A DNA stretch of 54,259 nt from Prorocentrum cordatum (GCA_963575745.1 CAUYUJ010000255.1:62001-116259), one strand, 5' to 3'. Positions 22,293 to 38,467 are shown, numbered from the stretch's first letter. Notes: generated by a model not told the origin, from the letters alone. Translations and numbers: made by a program.

Positions 22293-24667
22293 TCCAGCTC
22301 CCTCCTGGGGCCCACCGTGGGCAGTAGTCTTCCGAGCCCTGTCCCGGCCGTCGGCAGCGAGGGCCCCCCCGGGGGCCACCCAGGCAGACGTCGAGGGCAT
22401 CGTCCCTCCTCGGGCTCCCCCTCCAGGTCCCTCCCCCCCTCCTCCTCCCCCCCCTCCTCCTCCCCCCCTGCTCCTCCCCCCCCCTCTCCTCCCCCCCCCC
22501 CCTCCCCCCACCCCTCCTCCTCCCCCCCCCACGCCCCTCCAGCCGCCACCGGCACATCGCCAGCTGCAGCTTCTGCATGTCGGCAGCGCTCTGCACCCGC
22601 TCCTGCAGAGCTCCCAGGTGCGGTGCCCGGTAAATGTTTCAAGGAGTGTTTGGGGGTCTGGAGAGATGGAGGAGAATCCAGGAGAAAGAGCGGGGACATG
22701 CGGAGGAGGAAGAGAGGGGGGAGGGACATGTTAGGTGCGCTCGCGCCGTATATGGTATGCTACCCCATTTTCTCGTCTCTTCCCATTGCGCTGGTTTATT
22801 ATCTATCTGCCGACACGTGTCATAGCTGACCTGGAATTCCAAAAAGGACCCCATCGTTTTATGCGCAATCGGAAACACAGGGTGCCGCGGACATCGGAGG
22901 AGGAGATGGCGGATCAGCAGGATATTGAGCAGGAAGAGAAGGAAGATACCGAGGAAGGAGGAGGACAAGGACGAACAGCAGTAGCAGCGGGAGCTGGAGG
23001 GCAAGTGGCAGGAGGAGCAGGAGGACCAGGGGAAGGCAGAGGGAAACGAGGGGGGCGGCAACAATGAAAGAGGACGGTCTTGCTGCTGGGGCTGCGGGGC
23101 GCCCAGCGGGGCCGCCGCACGGGCGGCCAGCCCGGCCCCCCCAGGGCGCAGCAAGCCTGCCAGACCCCCGCGAGCCAGGGCGGCGCGAGCCAGAGGGGCT
23201 ACGGGAGCGTGTGGGCACACTTGAGCTCACAACATCCCTGGCAGCAGAACTGGCAGTGCGATGCCCCGCGCCCGCGAGGGACGCTGGCCACGCGATGTGC
23301 GCCGGGAGCGACTGGATGTGCTTGGAGTGGTTCGGCAGCGACGCTGGCTAGGCAGTGTGCGCCGGCCGCGGGCGGTTACGCGCGGAGAATCGGAGCGAGC
23401 GTCGTGGCAACACCACCGGAGTGAGCCTCTTGGTTCCAACTCTCGCAACGCGACGCCCGGTGTCCGCGAGCGGGCTTGGAGTGAGCGAAGTACTACGGTC
23501 AAGAATGCCGAGAGCGCGATGTGCGCGCAACGTTGGCGACGCAATGTGCGCCAGGGGCGAGCGAGTACACACGCGAGGCTGACGGGAGGCACACGCACTC
23601 GACAGGGATCCGAGTGGGACGCTAATATCAGGGCGCCAGGTAAGGGAGCTACTATCTGGCGCGCATTGAAGCACGCAGTGGCATAGCGCCTCAGGAGGCG
23701 AAAATGAACGAGTAAGTCAGGAAGGCGATAGGTGGGGAATCCGGCTGGCGAGAGGGGTGCCCCCCCCGCTCCCGCGCCTGGTAGGCCTGGAGCAGCACTT
23801 GCTCGAGCTCGGCATCGAAACTCTCGTACTCGTCCTCTCGGGCGGGGCCAGTCCACGACTACGGCCCAGCGGCCCGGCACGGGGATTACATAACATCCCA
23901 CAAGGATTCGCATCACGATCGGGTGAACTTCGTAGAGATCGCTGGTCGGTCCTAGCTCTCGCGGTGGGGCCTAAGTCATTCCTATCCCTCGCACAAGGGC
24001 TCCATCAGTCTACGATCGGGAACTTTTGGACAGCGTGTCGCCACGGCGGCCCTGGCGACACAGTATACCTTGCGAGTGGGTCGCGTGTCGCTTCGCTTCG
24101 CCAGGTGGGAGGCAGGAGAAAGCTCGGCACGTAGACGCCTGGGCACCGCGAAACGGATAGCGTGTCGCACCGAAGCGTGGTGGGCCAGAACCGGCGGAAC
24201 GGCGCACGACCCAGAAGTTCTCGACTGGAGGTCCCTAGACGTGCATACCCTCGCTCCGTAATTTCGCCAATCTGGGCGGAGCTGCACCCTTCTTCGGTGA
24301 CTGCCCCATCCCCCCCCCGCAAGATGAGGCAGGCAGGTGGCCGACAAGGAGTCCAGGAGAGTGGTCGGAGGGGGCCACCTGGAGTGACTGATGGGGGCCC
24401 AGGCCGCCCAAGATCCTCCAAGTCATCATCATCACCACCATCTTCCTCCCCCGCCTGACACCCCAGGAGGCCCAGGAAGCCCCTCGGAAGCCCTGGCATG
24501 CTCCGAGAAGACCCCTTTCCTTGCAGGGCACTCTGGGGATTTCGCTTGGCTTCCCCGCTACGTATGGTCCCGAAGCCAACATATGTTCAACGGCTACGTG
24601 GATGAAAAGCAGATCGCGTTCGAAATGGGGCTCACGCAGTACAACTCCTGAAAGTCTTCGAGAAGCG

Positions 24668-25345
24668 AATCCCACCAGCCCCCTGGGCGGCAGGTGACCT
24701 CGGAGTGTCGCAACAGCTCCTCTCTGCAATGCTTGCACTGACTGGGGGAAGGGTTTGCTTTGCCAGTCCCCCTGCCCCATGTCGCGATACTTTCGACCGA
24801 CTTGGAATCGACCCTGAGCCATGTGGGTCGTCTTGGAAGCCAGATTTGCTGTATCGGAGGCCGTCTCGGGCCGTTTTGACGGTATTGGAAATCACCTAGG
24901 ACGTTATGGGAAGAAAGGCGGGACCGCTGACACGCAGGCCCCGTCGCCATTGGGGGACTCGAGGGGCTGACCCATTCGATCGAGAGAAGCCTACTCAAGG
25001 CCCAAACTTTGGCCTTCAACTTCACGCTCTGTCTTGAAAGCCGAGGACGCCGATACGCAACGCACAACACCTGGTTTTCCGTTGTGGTCTCCACGCGAGC
25101 CTCCCGAAGCGCGAGGCTTTCCAGCACCACCTGCTTGTTTCACTAAAGCTGTCCCCAAAGCGATCCAAGGGGCCCGTAAGACGCTTGCGAAAGGCCCCCA
25201 AGACGGCCCAAGAGGCCCTCGAGAGGCTCCGAAGACGCCCCTCAAGGGCTCCCACGAGGCCAGCAAGAGGATTCGCGCAAGAGGCCCAGGCGTTAGGGGG
25301 GAGTCTTTGACATGAGCGCCCTCTGAGCGAAGCGCGTGCCACATC
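24668..25345 (+). mobile_element. Degenerate CCCAAG-minisatellite element
   Basis: Starts aatcccaccagcccc, the reverse complement of the ggggctggtgg end motif seen near 1341. CCCAAG units at 25155-25270. gcgaagc near 25328. Confidence 0.4.
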
Positions 25346-26706
25346 CCACAACGAGCCGAGCCTCGTCTCACATGCCTCTCCGACTCTCTCCTCTATCTCT
25401 CCGTCTTCCCCCGTGTTCCCCCTCCTCCAGATCCCCCTCTCAGTTCTCTACACCGGGGAATGCTGATTAAGAAACGAATCGGTTGTTCTTGCCACGGCGA
25501 GCCTTGGCCGAAAAATGAACTCCCCGCCCTGGTCCTGCGGAACGGCCCACAAGCATGGCCCCTCCTGGACACACAGCTTGCTTTTTTTCAGCGCATTGAC
25601 TCGACCCTCCTCCTCATCTACCTCCTCCTCCGCCTCCTCCTCCTCCTCCTCCTCCTCCGCCTCCTCCTCCTCCTCCTCCTCCTCCTCCTCCTCCTCCTCC
25701 TCCTCCCTCCTTCAAATTATGTCGGTCTCCTACTACAACTCCTGCTCCACCTCCTCAGAATCCTTTCATCCTTCCTCCTCCTCCAGTGTCGACCGCACAC
25801 ACACACACAGCAAGCCGAATAATCCGAGCGGCCGACCCTACCACCTACTAAAAAGCACGGAAGAGAAGAGGGAAAGGAAGAGAGAGAGAGAGAGAGAGAA
25901 GACGACAGAACTCCTCCTCCTCCTCCTCCTCCGTCCCGCCCTCCCTCGCTCCATCCTCCTCATACCTCGCCCTTATGCGGCGTCGACCGCCGCCACCACC
26001 ACGGCGACGACAACGACGGCGGCGACAACGGCCGACGACGACAGACCACGACGACGATAAGCGCGACGAGGGCAACGACGACCACCGCCACCACGACCGC
26101 AACAGGCACCACGACCACCAGCCACGACGAGCACGACGGCGGCCGCCGACGCCGGCGGCGGCGACGCCGAAGGCCGGCCTCGCACTCCGCGACGGCGGCG
26201 GCGACCTCCGAGCCGAAGCGGGCGGTGACCTCATCGTAGATCTGGGCCATGCGCGCCTTCGAGGGGGAGGTGGGAGGGAGGCCTCCCTCGGAGTCTCGCT
26301 TCACCGATCTCCCCGTCCCCAGCGGCGTGGCCCGGGCCCCGCCGGCCGATGTGTCCCCCCCCCCCCCAGGTTGGGATGCAGGTCGTGCCCTCGGGCTTCG
26401 AGGGGCGCACCCCCCACTGGGGTGCTCATTCTGTGGAGGGTCTCGAAGGGGAGGGGGAGGGGGATAGGGACCCGTTAAACGACGCCGACCCTCATCGTCA
26501 CGGTTCCCCCCGCCTGCTGGCCTTCGGGACCCCCTTCGCCGCCGCGGCCGGGCGCAGCTCGAACAAGCTGCCCAGGGTGGGCTCTGTCCTCCTCCTCCTC
26601 CTCCTCCTCCTCCTCCTCCTCCTCCTCCTCCCTCCTCCTCCTCCTCCTCCTCCTCATCCCCCTCCTCCTCCTCCTCCTCCTCCTCCTCCTCCTCTCCTCC
26701 TCCTCC

Positions 26707-26738
<32 letters not shown>

Positions 26739-27037
26739 TCTCTCCTCCTCCTCCTCCTCCTCCTCCTCCTCCTCCTCCTCCTCCTCCTCCTCCTCCTCCT
26801 CCTCCTCCTCCTAAGTCTGGAGAGCGGCCCTGGGCCGAACGTGTGATCCTGTGGAGCGCGGAAGGAGGAGAAAGCAATCGCGGAGGCTCGGGGTCTGGCA
26901 GCCCCGACTGGCCCCGATGCTGGGCCTCTCGGCCCGTGGAGGGAGGCCACTCCGAGGGCCTCGGGAGGCCCCTCCAGGGCCTCGGGGGCCTCCAGGGACC
27001 TCCAGTGGATCTGGGCCGCGCACCTCTTCGGCGCCGC

Positions 27038-27104
<67 letters not shown>

Positions 27105-29424
27105 TTCGTCGTCGTCGTAGTTGTCGTTGTCGTCTTCACTCGTCGGTCGTTGGAGGAAGATGGCGAAGAGAAGGAGGAGGAGGGGGAAGAAGAGAAGTGC
27201 GGAGGAGGAGGAGGAGGAGGGCAGAGGAGGAGGGCAGGAATAGGGGAGGAGGGGGAAATTATCCTTCTCCTCCTCCCCTTCGCTTCCTCCTCCTCCTCCT
27301 CCTCCTCCTCCTCCTCCTCCTCCTCTTCCTCCTCCTCCTCCCTCTCTTTTTCCCTCCTCGCGCCCCTCCTCCCACGACGACGGGCAGGAGGCGGAAACGG
27401 GGGGGGGAGCAGACGGAGGAGGGGGAGAAGAAGAAGGGACCAAATAAGGATATTCATTATGCATCCATCCCCTTCCTCCTCCCCCCATACAGCCCTGCGT
27501 TCGTCGTCTTGCGTTTCTTCTCATTATTCATGCTTGCAGTCTTAATCGTATGATCATGTTCAGTCTTAGTAGTAGGAGGGTTGTTCGTTTTCGTCGTCTC
27601 ATTATTATTCTTATGTCCTCCTTCCTCTTTTCCACCCTCCTCCACCCACTCACCCTCTCCCTCCTTGCCCCTGCCTGCTCGTCCTCGTCATACCTCGTCC
27701 TTGTCCTCCTCCTCCTCCTCCTCCTCCTCGTCCACCCCGTGATCCTCCTCCGCCTCCTCCACTGCATGTTTCTCCTCTTGTCTATCACATCCTCCCCCCC
27801 CTTCTCCATCCTCTCCTCCTCCTTCTCCTCCTCCTCCTGCTCTTGTTCCTCGTCCTCCTTCTCCTTCTCCTCCCATTCCTCTTCTTCCTCCTCCTTATCA
27901 TCATCCTCCACTTCCTGCTCCTGCCGCGGCTGCTGGAAATCCTCCTCCTCCTCCTCATCGTCCTCTTCCTTCTTCTCCACTTTCTCTCCTCGTACTGTTC
28001 CTCCCCCTCCTCCTTCTGCTCCTCCACCTCTTTCTCTTCCTCCTCCTCCTCATCCCCCTCCTCATCCTCATCCCCCTCCTCCTCCTCCTCTTCCTCCTCC
28101 TCTCCTCCTCTCTTCCGCCTGCTCCTCCTCACCCTCCTCCCTAACTCCCTCCCTCCCTCCCTCCCGCCCTCCCTGCCTCCCTCCTCCTTTTCCTCCTCCT
28201 CCTCCTCCCTTCCTCCTCCTCCTCCTCCTCCTCCTCCTCCTCCTCCTCCTCCTCCCTCCTTCCCTCCCTCCCTCCCTCCCTTCCCTCGTCCTCCACCGCC
28301 ATCCTTCTCCGAAAGCGGCACCGACGATGCCGACGGCAACGGAGACGCCGACTAGGGCCGACGATGCAGCCGCCAGCGACGATGGCGGCGGTGGATCTGG
28401 GACCGCGCGCACCTTCGAGGCGTTGGCCAACTCTACAAGCTGCCGCTGTGGCCCCGCGTCCTGGAGAGGCACCGCCGACGGGGAGGAGGGACGGCACAGC
28501 AGGCGCAGACAGAGTTTGGTACCGGAAACCTGGAGGCCCACTGGCCGTCGGCCCTTGGCATACGTGAGATGTTGACATTCGTGAAGTGTCTGCGGCTCAG
28601 ATTGGTCCCGAGTGCCCTCTCAGGATAAGACCCCTATGTGAGGAGCACCGCCTGGCAGGCTGGCTCCGTTACGCCCTAGATCTGCGAGCGGCCCAGATGC
28701 TGGAACGCCCCAGAACCAGCAGGGGGGGCGGGGGCAGCAGCATCAGGACGACGACGACGACGACGACGACCACGCGGTCCTCCTCCAGAAACACGAGGGG
28801 GGCCAGCTCCCGGAGCCTCGCCTCCTAGAGCGAAGGGGGAGGCACGGACGCCACATAGATACAGATACGCACAGCCCTACTCTGCCTCCTCCCCGTCGTC
28901 GCCACGGCTGCCGCCGCTATCGTTATCGTCTCCGAGAGGGGGGAGGGCCGAGAGGGGGGAGAGGACGAAAAAGCAGAATGAGGAGGCGACGCAGGGGTTT
29001 TCTTCCTCCTCCTTTTTTGCGTTGAGCGGATTCTAGGTTTACGCCTGTAGCGCTCGTGTGCGGCAACCAGTCAAAACACCAGAGTGCAGACTAAGCGGAG
29101 CAGTACTTGCGAAGAGGCGCATCAGTCCTACATCCCCCGATTCCTCCCATGGGAAGCCCTCAGCGAGGGCCGTGGGTGCCCTCCCTGAGGGCAGCTAGTA
29201 AGCAACCGGAAAGCTGGCACATCTTACTGGACATGTGTCTAGCCTGATGCCAAGTAGCTAACCCTGTGCCCCAGAGAATCATCACCCCAGGATAATAAAG
29301 CTCGGGGGTCTGGCGGTAATAATGTACGATTGTCCTGGGGAAGGTGATGTTAGGTATAGGTTGTGCTGATGAGACGCTGATGATGGTGGTGATCATGGGC
29401 ACTCGCGTAGACTGACCTTGCCAT

Positions 29425-30716
<1,292 letters not shown>

Positions 30717-33700
30717 GGCCAACGAGAGTGGCCCAGGCTGGACCGAGGAGGCGAGGATGCAAGGGTACCCTTGGGAACGCTGCCCGTCCTCACTATGCGG
30801 GCTGACTGCACGCTGGCCGAGGCGAGCGTGGAGGCGACCGAGGCTGCCGCCGCGCGGAGCAGGGCGACAGCGGCGCCCGCCGCCGCTGGAGCGCGGCGCC
30901 CGGCTCCCGCGGGAGAGGCCGCCGCCCGCGCCACCCCCCCGGCGAGGGAGGCGCTGCCGCCGCCGCCGCGGCAGCGCGGCGCCCGACCGCCGCGGCGCCT
31001 CCGCCTCCCCGGGCAGGGGCCCTGGGACAGGCGCAAACGAACAGGCACAAATCACTGGAGTCCCCCATAGTCTCCTGTGCCGTCTGGGCTCTCGCCCTCC
31101 CCGCCGCGTCCCACATCTCTTCCCATATTTTTCCCCGGGGGTCGACGAGGAATTCTACCTGCGTGCTCTTTCCCCTCCTGATCCCCCGCCGTCGCCGGGC
31201 GAGGGAGGCGCTGCGGCCGCCGCTGCTAAAGCGCGCGGCGCCTGGCCCCCCCGCGCCGCCGCCGCCGCCCCCGCCGCCGCCGGGCGGAGCGGGGCGGCTG
31301 CGGACGAGGGGGGCCACGGTCCCCCCCGGGGAGGGAAGCGGGCTTCGATGAACAGGAGCAGCAGCAGCAGCGAGGTCCGAGGACCGCGCCCGCGGCCGCG
31401 GCGGCGCGGCGAACAGAACGTGGACTCCGCGGGGCCTGACGCCCCCCCCCCCCGGAGTGGGAGAGAGAGGGGAGGAGGAAGCGGAGGAGGAGGAGCAAGG
31501 AGGAGGAGGAGGAGGAGGAGGAGGAGGAGGAAGGAGGAAGGAGGAGGAAAGTTCGAGGATGCCTTCCGCCATTCTCGGCATATGGGCGACCCGGGCGAAA
31601 GACTGGCCAGCATGGACACCCGGAGGGGCGAACGGATTTGGCTCTGGACGGGGAGGAAGGGGGGGAAAGAATGAGGATGGGTCGTAGCCATCGTCGTTGT
31701 GGCAATCGACATCTGCCCGTCCGCGCGTCCGTCCGTCCTCGTCGTCGCTGCTTCCGTCCGAGAGAAGGGGGGAGAGGAGGGAGAGGAGGAGGAAGAGGAA
31801 GGAGGAGAAATAGAGGAGGTAGGGAGGAGAACGAGGATGGAGAGGAGAAAGAGGAGGTAGGGATGAGAAAAAGGATGGGGGGAGAGGCGGGAGAGGAGGA
31901 GAAAGAGGAGGGAGGAGAAAGAGGAGGCAAGCAGGAGAGAGAGGATGGGGGGGAGCTGAGGGGGAGGAACGGCAGCGAGAAGAGAGAGCAGGGCGCCGGC
32001 GTGCTGGAGGAGGAGGCAGAGGGGAGGACGGAGAAGGAGGCCACAGACGGGAGGAGGGGGAAGGCTGCTCCCGGGGAAGGCTGCTCCCTCCAAGGGATAC
32101 AACTCACATCGAATCATGCCCCAGTCAATGCTTGCACTGAAGGGTCCTAGCGGATATTGAAAGATTTGGCCAACGCTTCCCGCCTATTTTGGTAGCCGGC
32201 TGGGTTCCCGGGTTCCCGGTTCTGGACTCCCGGGTTCATGGTTATTGGTTCCGGTCCGATTTCGGTGGGTTCCGGGTTCTCGGGTTCCCGGGATCCTGGT
32301 CGATCTCCTTATCGATTTCTGCACCGACCTTGCAGACGTGCTGCAGTGGATTTTCCAATGGATTTCAGTCAATACAAAGCCCCGAAACGGCGAGTGAAAA
32401 ACGAGGTGAATTGCGCGTGGAATCTGTTTAGTCTTCATTCCTGGCCCAAACAAATCCGCACAACATTCACCTCGAGATCTGGAACGAAATGCTCCAGGAC
32501 ACTCCGGGCCCATCCTGTCGTTTTCCAGTCGACATCCGCTCTGCGATGTTGGCGCCATGACACGGCGGAGGGCCCCAGGCCCAACGGGCAGGGCGCTCCT
32601 CGGGTCCTCCGTCCCAGGCGCCTGCAGGCAGACCGCGCGCCGGCGAGGCTGGCTGAGCGGTCAGCAGCCTCTCTCGCTCCACCTCGCTGAGCGATCTCCT
32701 CCTCCTCCTCCTCCTCCTCCTCCTCCTCCTCCTCCTCCTCCTCCTCCCCTTCCTCCTCCTCCTCCTCCCTCCTCCCCCGACATCCTCTTCCTCCCTCCTC
32801 ACCTCCTCTCCTCCTGCCTCCCCTCCTCCTCCTTCCTCCTACCTCCTCCTCTCGCCTCCTCCTCCTACTCCTCCTCCTCCTCCTTCCTTCCTCCGCCTCC
32901 TCCTCTCCTCTCCTCCTCCTCCTACCCCTCCTCCGCCTCCCCCTCCTCCTCCTCCCTCCGCCTACACTCCTCCGCCTCCTCCTCCTCCTCCATCCTCCTC
33001 CTCCTCCTCCCTCCTCCTCCTCTTCCCCTTTCCCTCCTCATCCTCCTCCTCCTCCCTCCTCCTCCTCCTCCTCCTCCCTCCTCCTCCCCCGCCTCCTCCT
33101 CCTCCTCCGCCGCGCCTGTTCCTCCTCCTCCTCCTCCTCCTCCTCCCTTCCTGCTCCTCCTCCGCCTCCCGCTCCTCTCCTCCTCCTCCCTCCGCCTCCC
33201 CTCCTCCTCCCCTCCCCCTTCTTCCTCCTCCTCCTTCGCCTCCCTCCTCCTCAATCCTCCCCTCCTCCTCCTCTTCCTCCTCCTCCTCCTCCCCTTCCTC
33301 CGACTCCTCCCTCCTCCTCTTCCTCCTCCTCCTCCTCCTCCTCCTCCTCCTCCATCCGCCTCGCCTCCCCCTCCTCCTCCCTCCTCCTCCTCCTCCTCCT
33401 CCTCCTCCTCCTCCTCCTTCTTCCTCCTCTCCTCCCCCCTCCTCCTCCTCCGCCTCCTACCTCTCTCCTCCTCCCCCCTCCGCCTCCTCCCGCTCCTCCT
33501 CCTCCTCCTCCTCCTCCTCCTCCTCCTCCTCCTCCTCCTCCTCAGGATGCGGAGCACAGCACCGTGAGCACGGCTTGACTGCGGATACAAACAAGCATCC
33601 ACACGGCCGAGGTGACAACGAGAGGCAGAAGGCACCGCACGGCCTCGAAACGGCTTCTCGAGCAGGCAGCTGCAGTGAGCTTGTGCGGTACGCGCCACAG

Positions 33701-34684
33701 CGGCAGCAAAGCACGAGAGAAGGACCAGAAAACAGGCGTGTGAATAACAAGTCAGGCCCCTTCCCTTCTTCATCACTTGGAAATTTGAAACTAGCCCGAC
33801 GGTCAAGACACCCTGACGTGTCGAGCCTACCGACACACATCCTGACGACACGGGTGCGACAGGCGTGGCATATGAACGTCCATGGGGCGCCTTGGGACAG
33901 CGGTCCACGCATGCCACCGCGCTTCTCCAGCGTATCTCGGCTTCGGGGCCCTAGGACTCGTAAGAAACTGGTAGAACGGGAAAGGCGACAAGGCACTCCC
34001 CATCACCCGCGCAAGAATCCGCGCTTTCCCGAGCAAAGCGTCCAGATCGGCCAGGTCCGCAGAGTTCCAAGCGACATGGACGGACAAGACCTCCTCAGCA
34101 GATTCGTCCGCCAAGAAACTTGCCCGAGCGATGCGGCGTTCCTCGCATGGGATCGCACGAATTACCTCACAACTTCGGTGCGTCTTAGTTTGGTGGGCCT
34201 CGCCCACATTCTGGGCACCTTCGCACAGCAAGAACCTCTCCTCCAGCTGGCATACTCTGCCTTGCTACGAATTCTGGTCAGGGGTCCTAATGTAAAGACG
34301 CACAACCCAAAGACAGCCTGAGTGAACCTGCGCAGGCTTTTGACAAGGCAGGCTAGCATGCATACTGCCATCTGCTCAACAGCTTGTAGAGTCTGAGGGG
34401 GGCTTAGCCAAACTGCCCTCGAAATCTCGCCACAACCTCGTCGGAACCTGATATCAGAAATTAGTCTGCTTCGATCTATCTCCACTGGAACCTTTGGCGT
34501 TTGATTCCAACGGTGCTCGGGCCCATTGGAACAATGTGCGCGTGGGCCGGTGGTGTCGGCCAGCGCGGCAGTCTGATTCGGTCGCAAGTTGCCGAACTCC
34601 TGAAATCGCACGGCACCAGAGCTCCAAAACGAGTGGCGCGGTACTGCAATACACGTCTTGAAAGAACCAGCGGGAGGAAGACAA

Positions 34685-35110
<426 letters not shown>

Positions 35111-35329
35111 AACAAACAAGAAGTAGAGGCAGCCTGGCGTGACGTCGTGACGCTTGTCACGTGTGATACGCTGTCCAATCGGTTGTTGCTCCACCTGTTT
35201 GGTCCAATGGCCCAGGCTGACCTCGGCGCGCACGTCGCGTTTGATAATGTTACAGTAGGGTGTATTATGTCATAACGTTTCTCTTCAATTAAGGTTTTGC
35301 TGATCTGAAGTATGCACTTCTGCACTGTC

Positions 35330-36840
35330 GCACCGTGTAATAACAAGATATGGCTTGTCAGTTTTCTATGGGTTGCTCAGTGATGCTGTGTACGTTATGA
35401 TGAGTTAGTTTGATGCAGTATATGATGCCCTGCTCTGTGATGGCATACCTCTTCACTGAAGCTGTAGTGTTTGGCGTTATGGCAAGCTCTCTGCCGTAGG
35501 GGCATCAGTAGTGAAAGAGATATGCGATTGTCTTCTTGTTACGTTGTGCTCTGATCTCTGTGCACTGCGGTGTGCTATGTTCTGCTATTCTCTGCAATCT
35601 GGTAGAATCTACTAAAATGGATATGTTCGGTGCCGTAGTGTACCAATGGTAAAACAGGTCCGGTACGCCGTGCTATGATCTGTGACGATCTACCCTACCA
35701 TGCTTCCCTGTGTCATAGTATGCGCTGTTATTGTATGTTCTGCTCGATGCTGCGTTTTGTCATGCCCGTCTCTGTCAGGGCACGGTATTCGAGTACTTCA
35801 TATTCCCTGCCATGTCATAATATGGTATGCCGCGGTCCGTCAGGGCATGCGTGTCATGATTTGAAATGCTGCGTTCCTGGGTTATGTTCTGATCTGTTAT
35901 GCCATTGTGTGAAATGTTCTGCCATGTTCTCTTACGCTCTGGTCTGGTAAGCCCTGTATGTGTTGCTATGGTGTGTGGTGTCATGCTATGCGCTCCATGC
36001 TTCATGATGTCATTGCATGCGTTGTTATCGTGTGTCCCCTTAGGTATTGTCCTGGCATGCTATGACATAGTATGCGTTGCTATGTGATCGTGGTATGATG
36101 TACGATGGTATGCTATGCTATAAAGTGCAATGCCGGGGTCTGGCATGATATGATGAATCAGCGTACGAAGTGGTACGTGATGTGATGCTTTGGTACGGTG
36201 TGATATGTGCTGACACGGTGTGTTATGTGATGGTATGTTCTGACATGGCATGTTGTGATATGCTCGGTTAGGAGGTGTGCTGTTATGCTCTGCTATGTAT
36301 CATCCAGTCTCCCATTCTCCCATAGCTTACGATGCTGTGCTGAATTATGTTCTGGTATGGTGCCACATATTCTGCCGCACTCTGCCATGATAGGATTTGT
36401 CACCAGTGCTGCAATGCAATATGCCATGCTGAATGGGCTGTGATACAGTGTATGTTGTGGTGTGTTATGCCATGGTGTGTTATGGTATGCTCTGTTTCGT
36501 CATGTTATGATATGCTCTGCTCTGGTATGCAATGTATGCCCGAGTAGGCCACAGCAAGCGTTGTCATGCTGGGTTGTGTTACTATATGCCATGCCATGCT
36601 ATGTGAGGCTGTGGCATATGATGTGATGGTATGTTCGCTCATGCGATGTGTTGTTATGGTATGCGTGTGTTGCTGGGCTATGGCGTATGAAATGCTGCGA
36701 TGCAGTGCAATGGTATGCACTGCTCTGTCATTGTGTGCTATGGTATGATATGCTATGTAAAACTATTGAGGAATGTTCGGATCTGTTCTGTTGGTGGTGT
36801 GCTGTTATGCTCTGTTCTGCCACATGTTTTAATAGAGTGC
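35330..36840. repeat. Highly degenerate pentamer satellite (TATGC/TGTGC/TATGG)
   Basis: About 5-nt periodicity of TG/ATG units, AT-richer than the flanks. Confidence 0.8.
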
Positions 36841-38022
36841 TGCCTTGTGTATTGTTTTTGTTTGTTTTGAACATTCCGCCCTGTCAGTTGATGCTTTGCC
36901 GGCGCGAGGCGGAAAACTCGGGGACACTCGGGGGATCTGGGGATCTGGCGGCCTCGGGTTGCAGAGTGGCGCGAGGCGACGACGACAACGGCGGCAGCGG
37001 CAGCTACGGAGGCGAATTACGTCCACCTAAGCTGGTGGTCGAATGGGTGTATGTTTTTGTTCTGCGCTGGCCTGTGCTGCGTGAGCATCGACGCCCGTGG
37101 GAAGGCAAGGCAGATCCATCATGGGCGGCCAAGCAATATCCTAGCTCCTAGCGGTCACTAGGCATCATTACTCCAAACAAGAAACCTGGTGGCTGGGCAA
37201 AACAAATTTCGCCTGCGGCGAACCGGCATTGGCAGGTACGACCGGCTGAGGTCGGGCCTAACATATCCACCAGACGGAGATGCCCACCGACCGAACACAG
37301 GGTTTTTGCATGCGAATGCCGATCACTGGAAGATGATTGCAAATTGTGCCGCAATCGAACCCCAAAACCGTACGAAGTCACAGAGAGCGAACCGCACGGG
37401 CGAAGGCAGTGCCACTCGCCCAAGGATCCCCCTGCGAACTCCTTCCTCCTCCCCCGCCCCCTCCCCTCCTCCTCCTCCTCGTCCTCCTCCTCGTCCTGCT
37501 CCTGCTCCTCCTCCTCCTCCTCCTCCTCCTCCAGGAAACCAAGCATATACCCAAATGTACGAGGTCATCAGAGCGCTGTTGCGAACGCGATGGCTTCCCC
37601 CCCAAAAAAAAAACAAAACGCTTCCGATAGAAACCTGGTGCTCCCAGGAGAAGCGACAGCGACGAAGGGCGGCCCCGACCTCTCTCCCCGGGCGCGCTCC
37701 GACGTGAACTTCTGGTCGGATCCAGCCGCGGCGGCAGGAGGCCTTCTCCTCCTCCTCCTCCTCCTTCCTCCTCCCTCCTCCCCTCCTCCACCTCCTCCTC
37801 CTCCTCCTCTCCTCCTCCCCCTCCTCCTTCTCCTCTCCTCCTCCTCCTCCCCTCTCCTCCTCCTCTCCTCCTCCTCCCCTCTCCTCCCCCTCCTCCCCTC
37901 CTAAGGCCCAAAGACGGCGAATCGCGTCGACACCGCCCTCGCCGTCGACGAGACGACGGCGGCGAGGACGAAGCCGCAGCCGTCCTGCGGCGGCGTGGGC
38001 TGCGAATCGCGTCGACACCGCT

Positions 38023-38236
38023 CTCGCCTCGCCCTCGGCGACACGACGGCGGCGAGGACGAGGCCGCCCGGCGGCGGCGTCGACGGCGAATCGCGGTGGC
38101 AGCGTCCTCGCCCCCGACGACACGACGCCGCCGTCGTGTCGTCGAGGGCGACGGCTCTGCCGACGCGATTCGCCGTCGACGCCGCCGCCGGGCGGCCTCG
38201 TCCTCGCCGCCGTCGTGTCGCCGAGGGCGAGGCGAG
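38023..38236. repeat. 214-bp near-perfect hairpin with 73-bp perfect arms
   Basis: 38023-38095 is the reverse complement of 38164-38236. The inner cgacgacacgacg/cgtcgtgtcgtcg stem is also paired. Confidence 0.85.
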
Positions 38237-38467
38237 GCCGGCGAGGACGAAGCCGTGCGACGGCGGCACGAAGGGGCGCGGACGGCCGGGCCGGGCGGGC
38301 GGCGCCCGGACGGCCTCCGCCACGCGTCGAGGGTGCCGCGGCCTCGGCAGCGCCGTCGTCACCGTCCCGAGAGAGAGAGAGAGAGAGAAAAACATACATA
38401 TATACACATATATACATCTATACTGCATGTAAACATATAGAGAGAGAGTGAGATATAGAGAGAGGAG

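Noticed and set aside
23230..24260. Higher-complexity segments (also 33560-34660) that might be host exons or old retroelement remains
   Set aside because: No recognisable motif or consistent exon chain could be built by eye.
29160..29402. Possible LINE RT-thumb fragment (YYPGVMI)
   Set aside because: Only a single degenerate motif, with no supporting RT motifs nearby.
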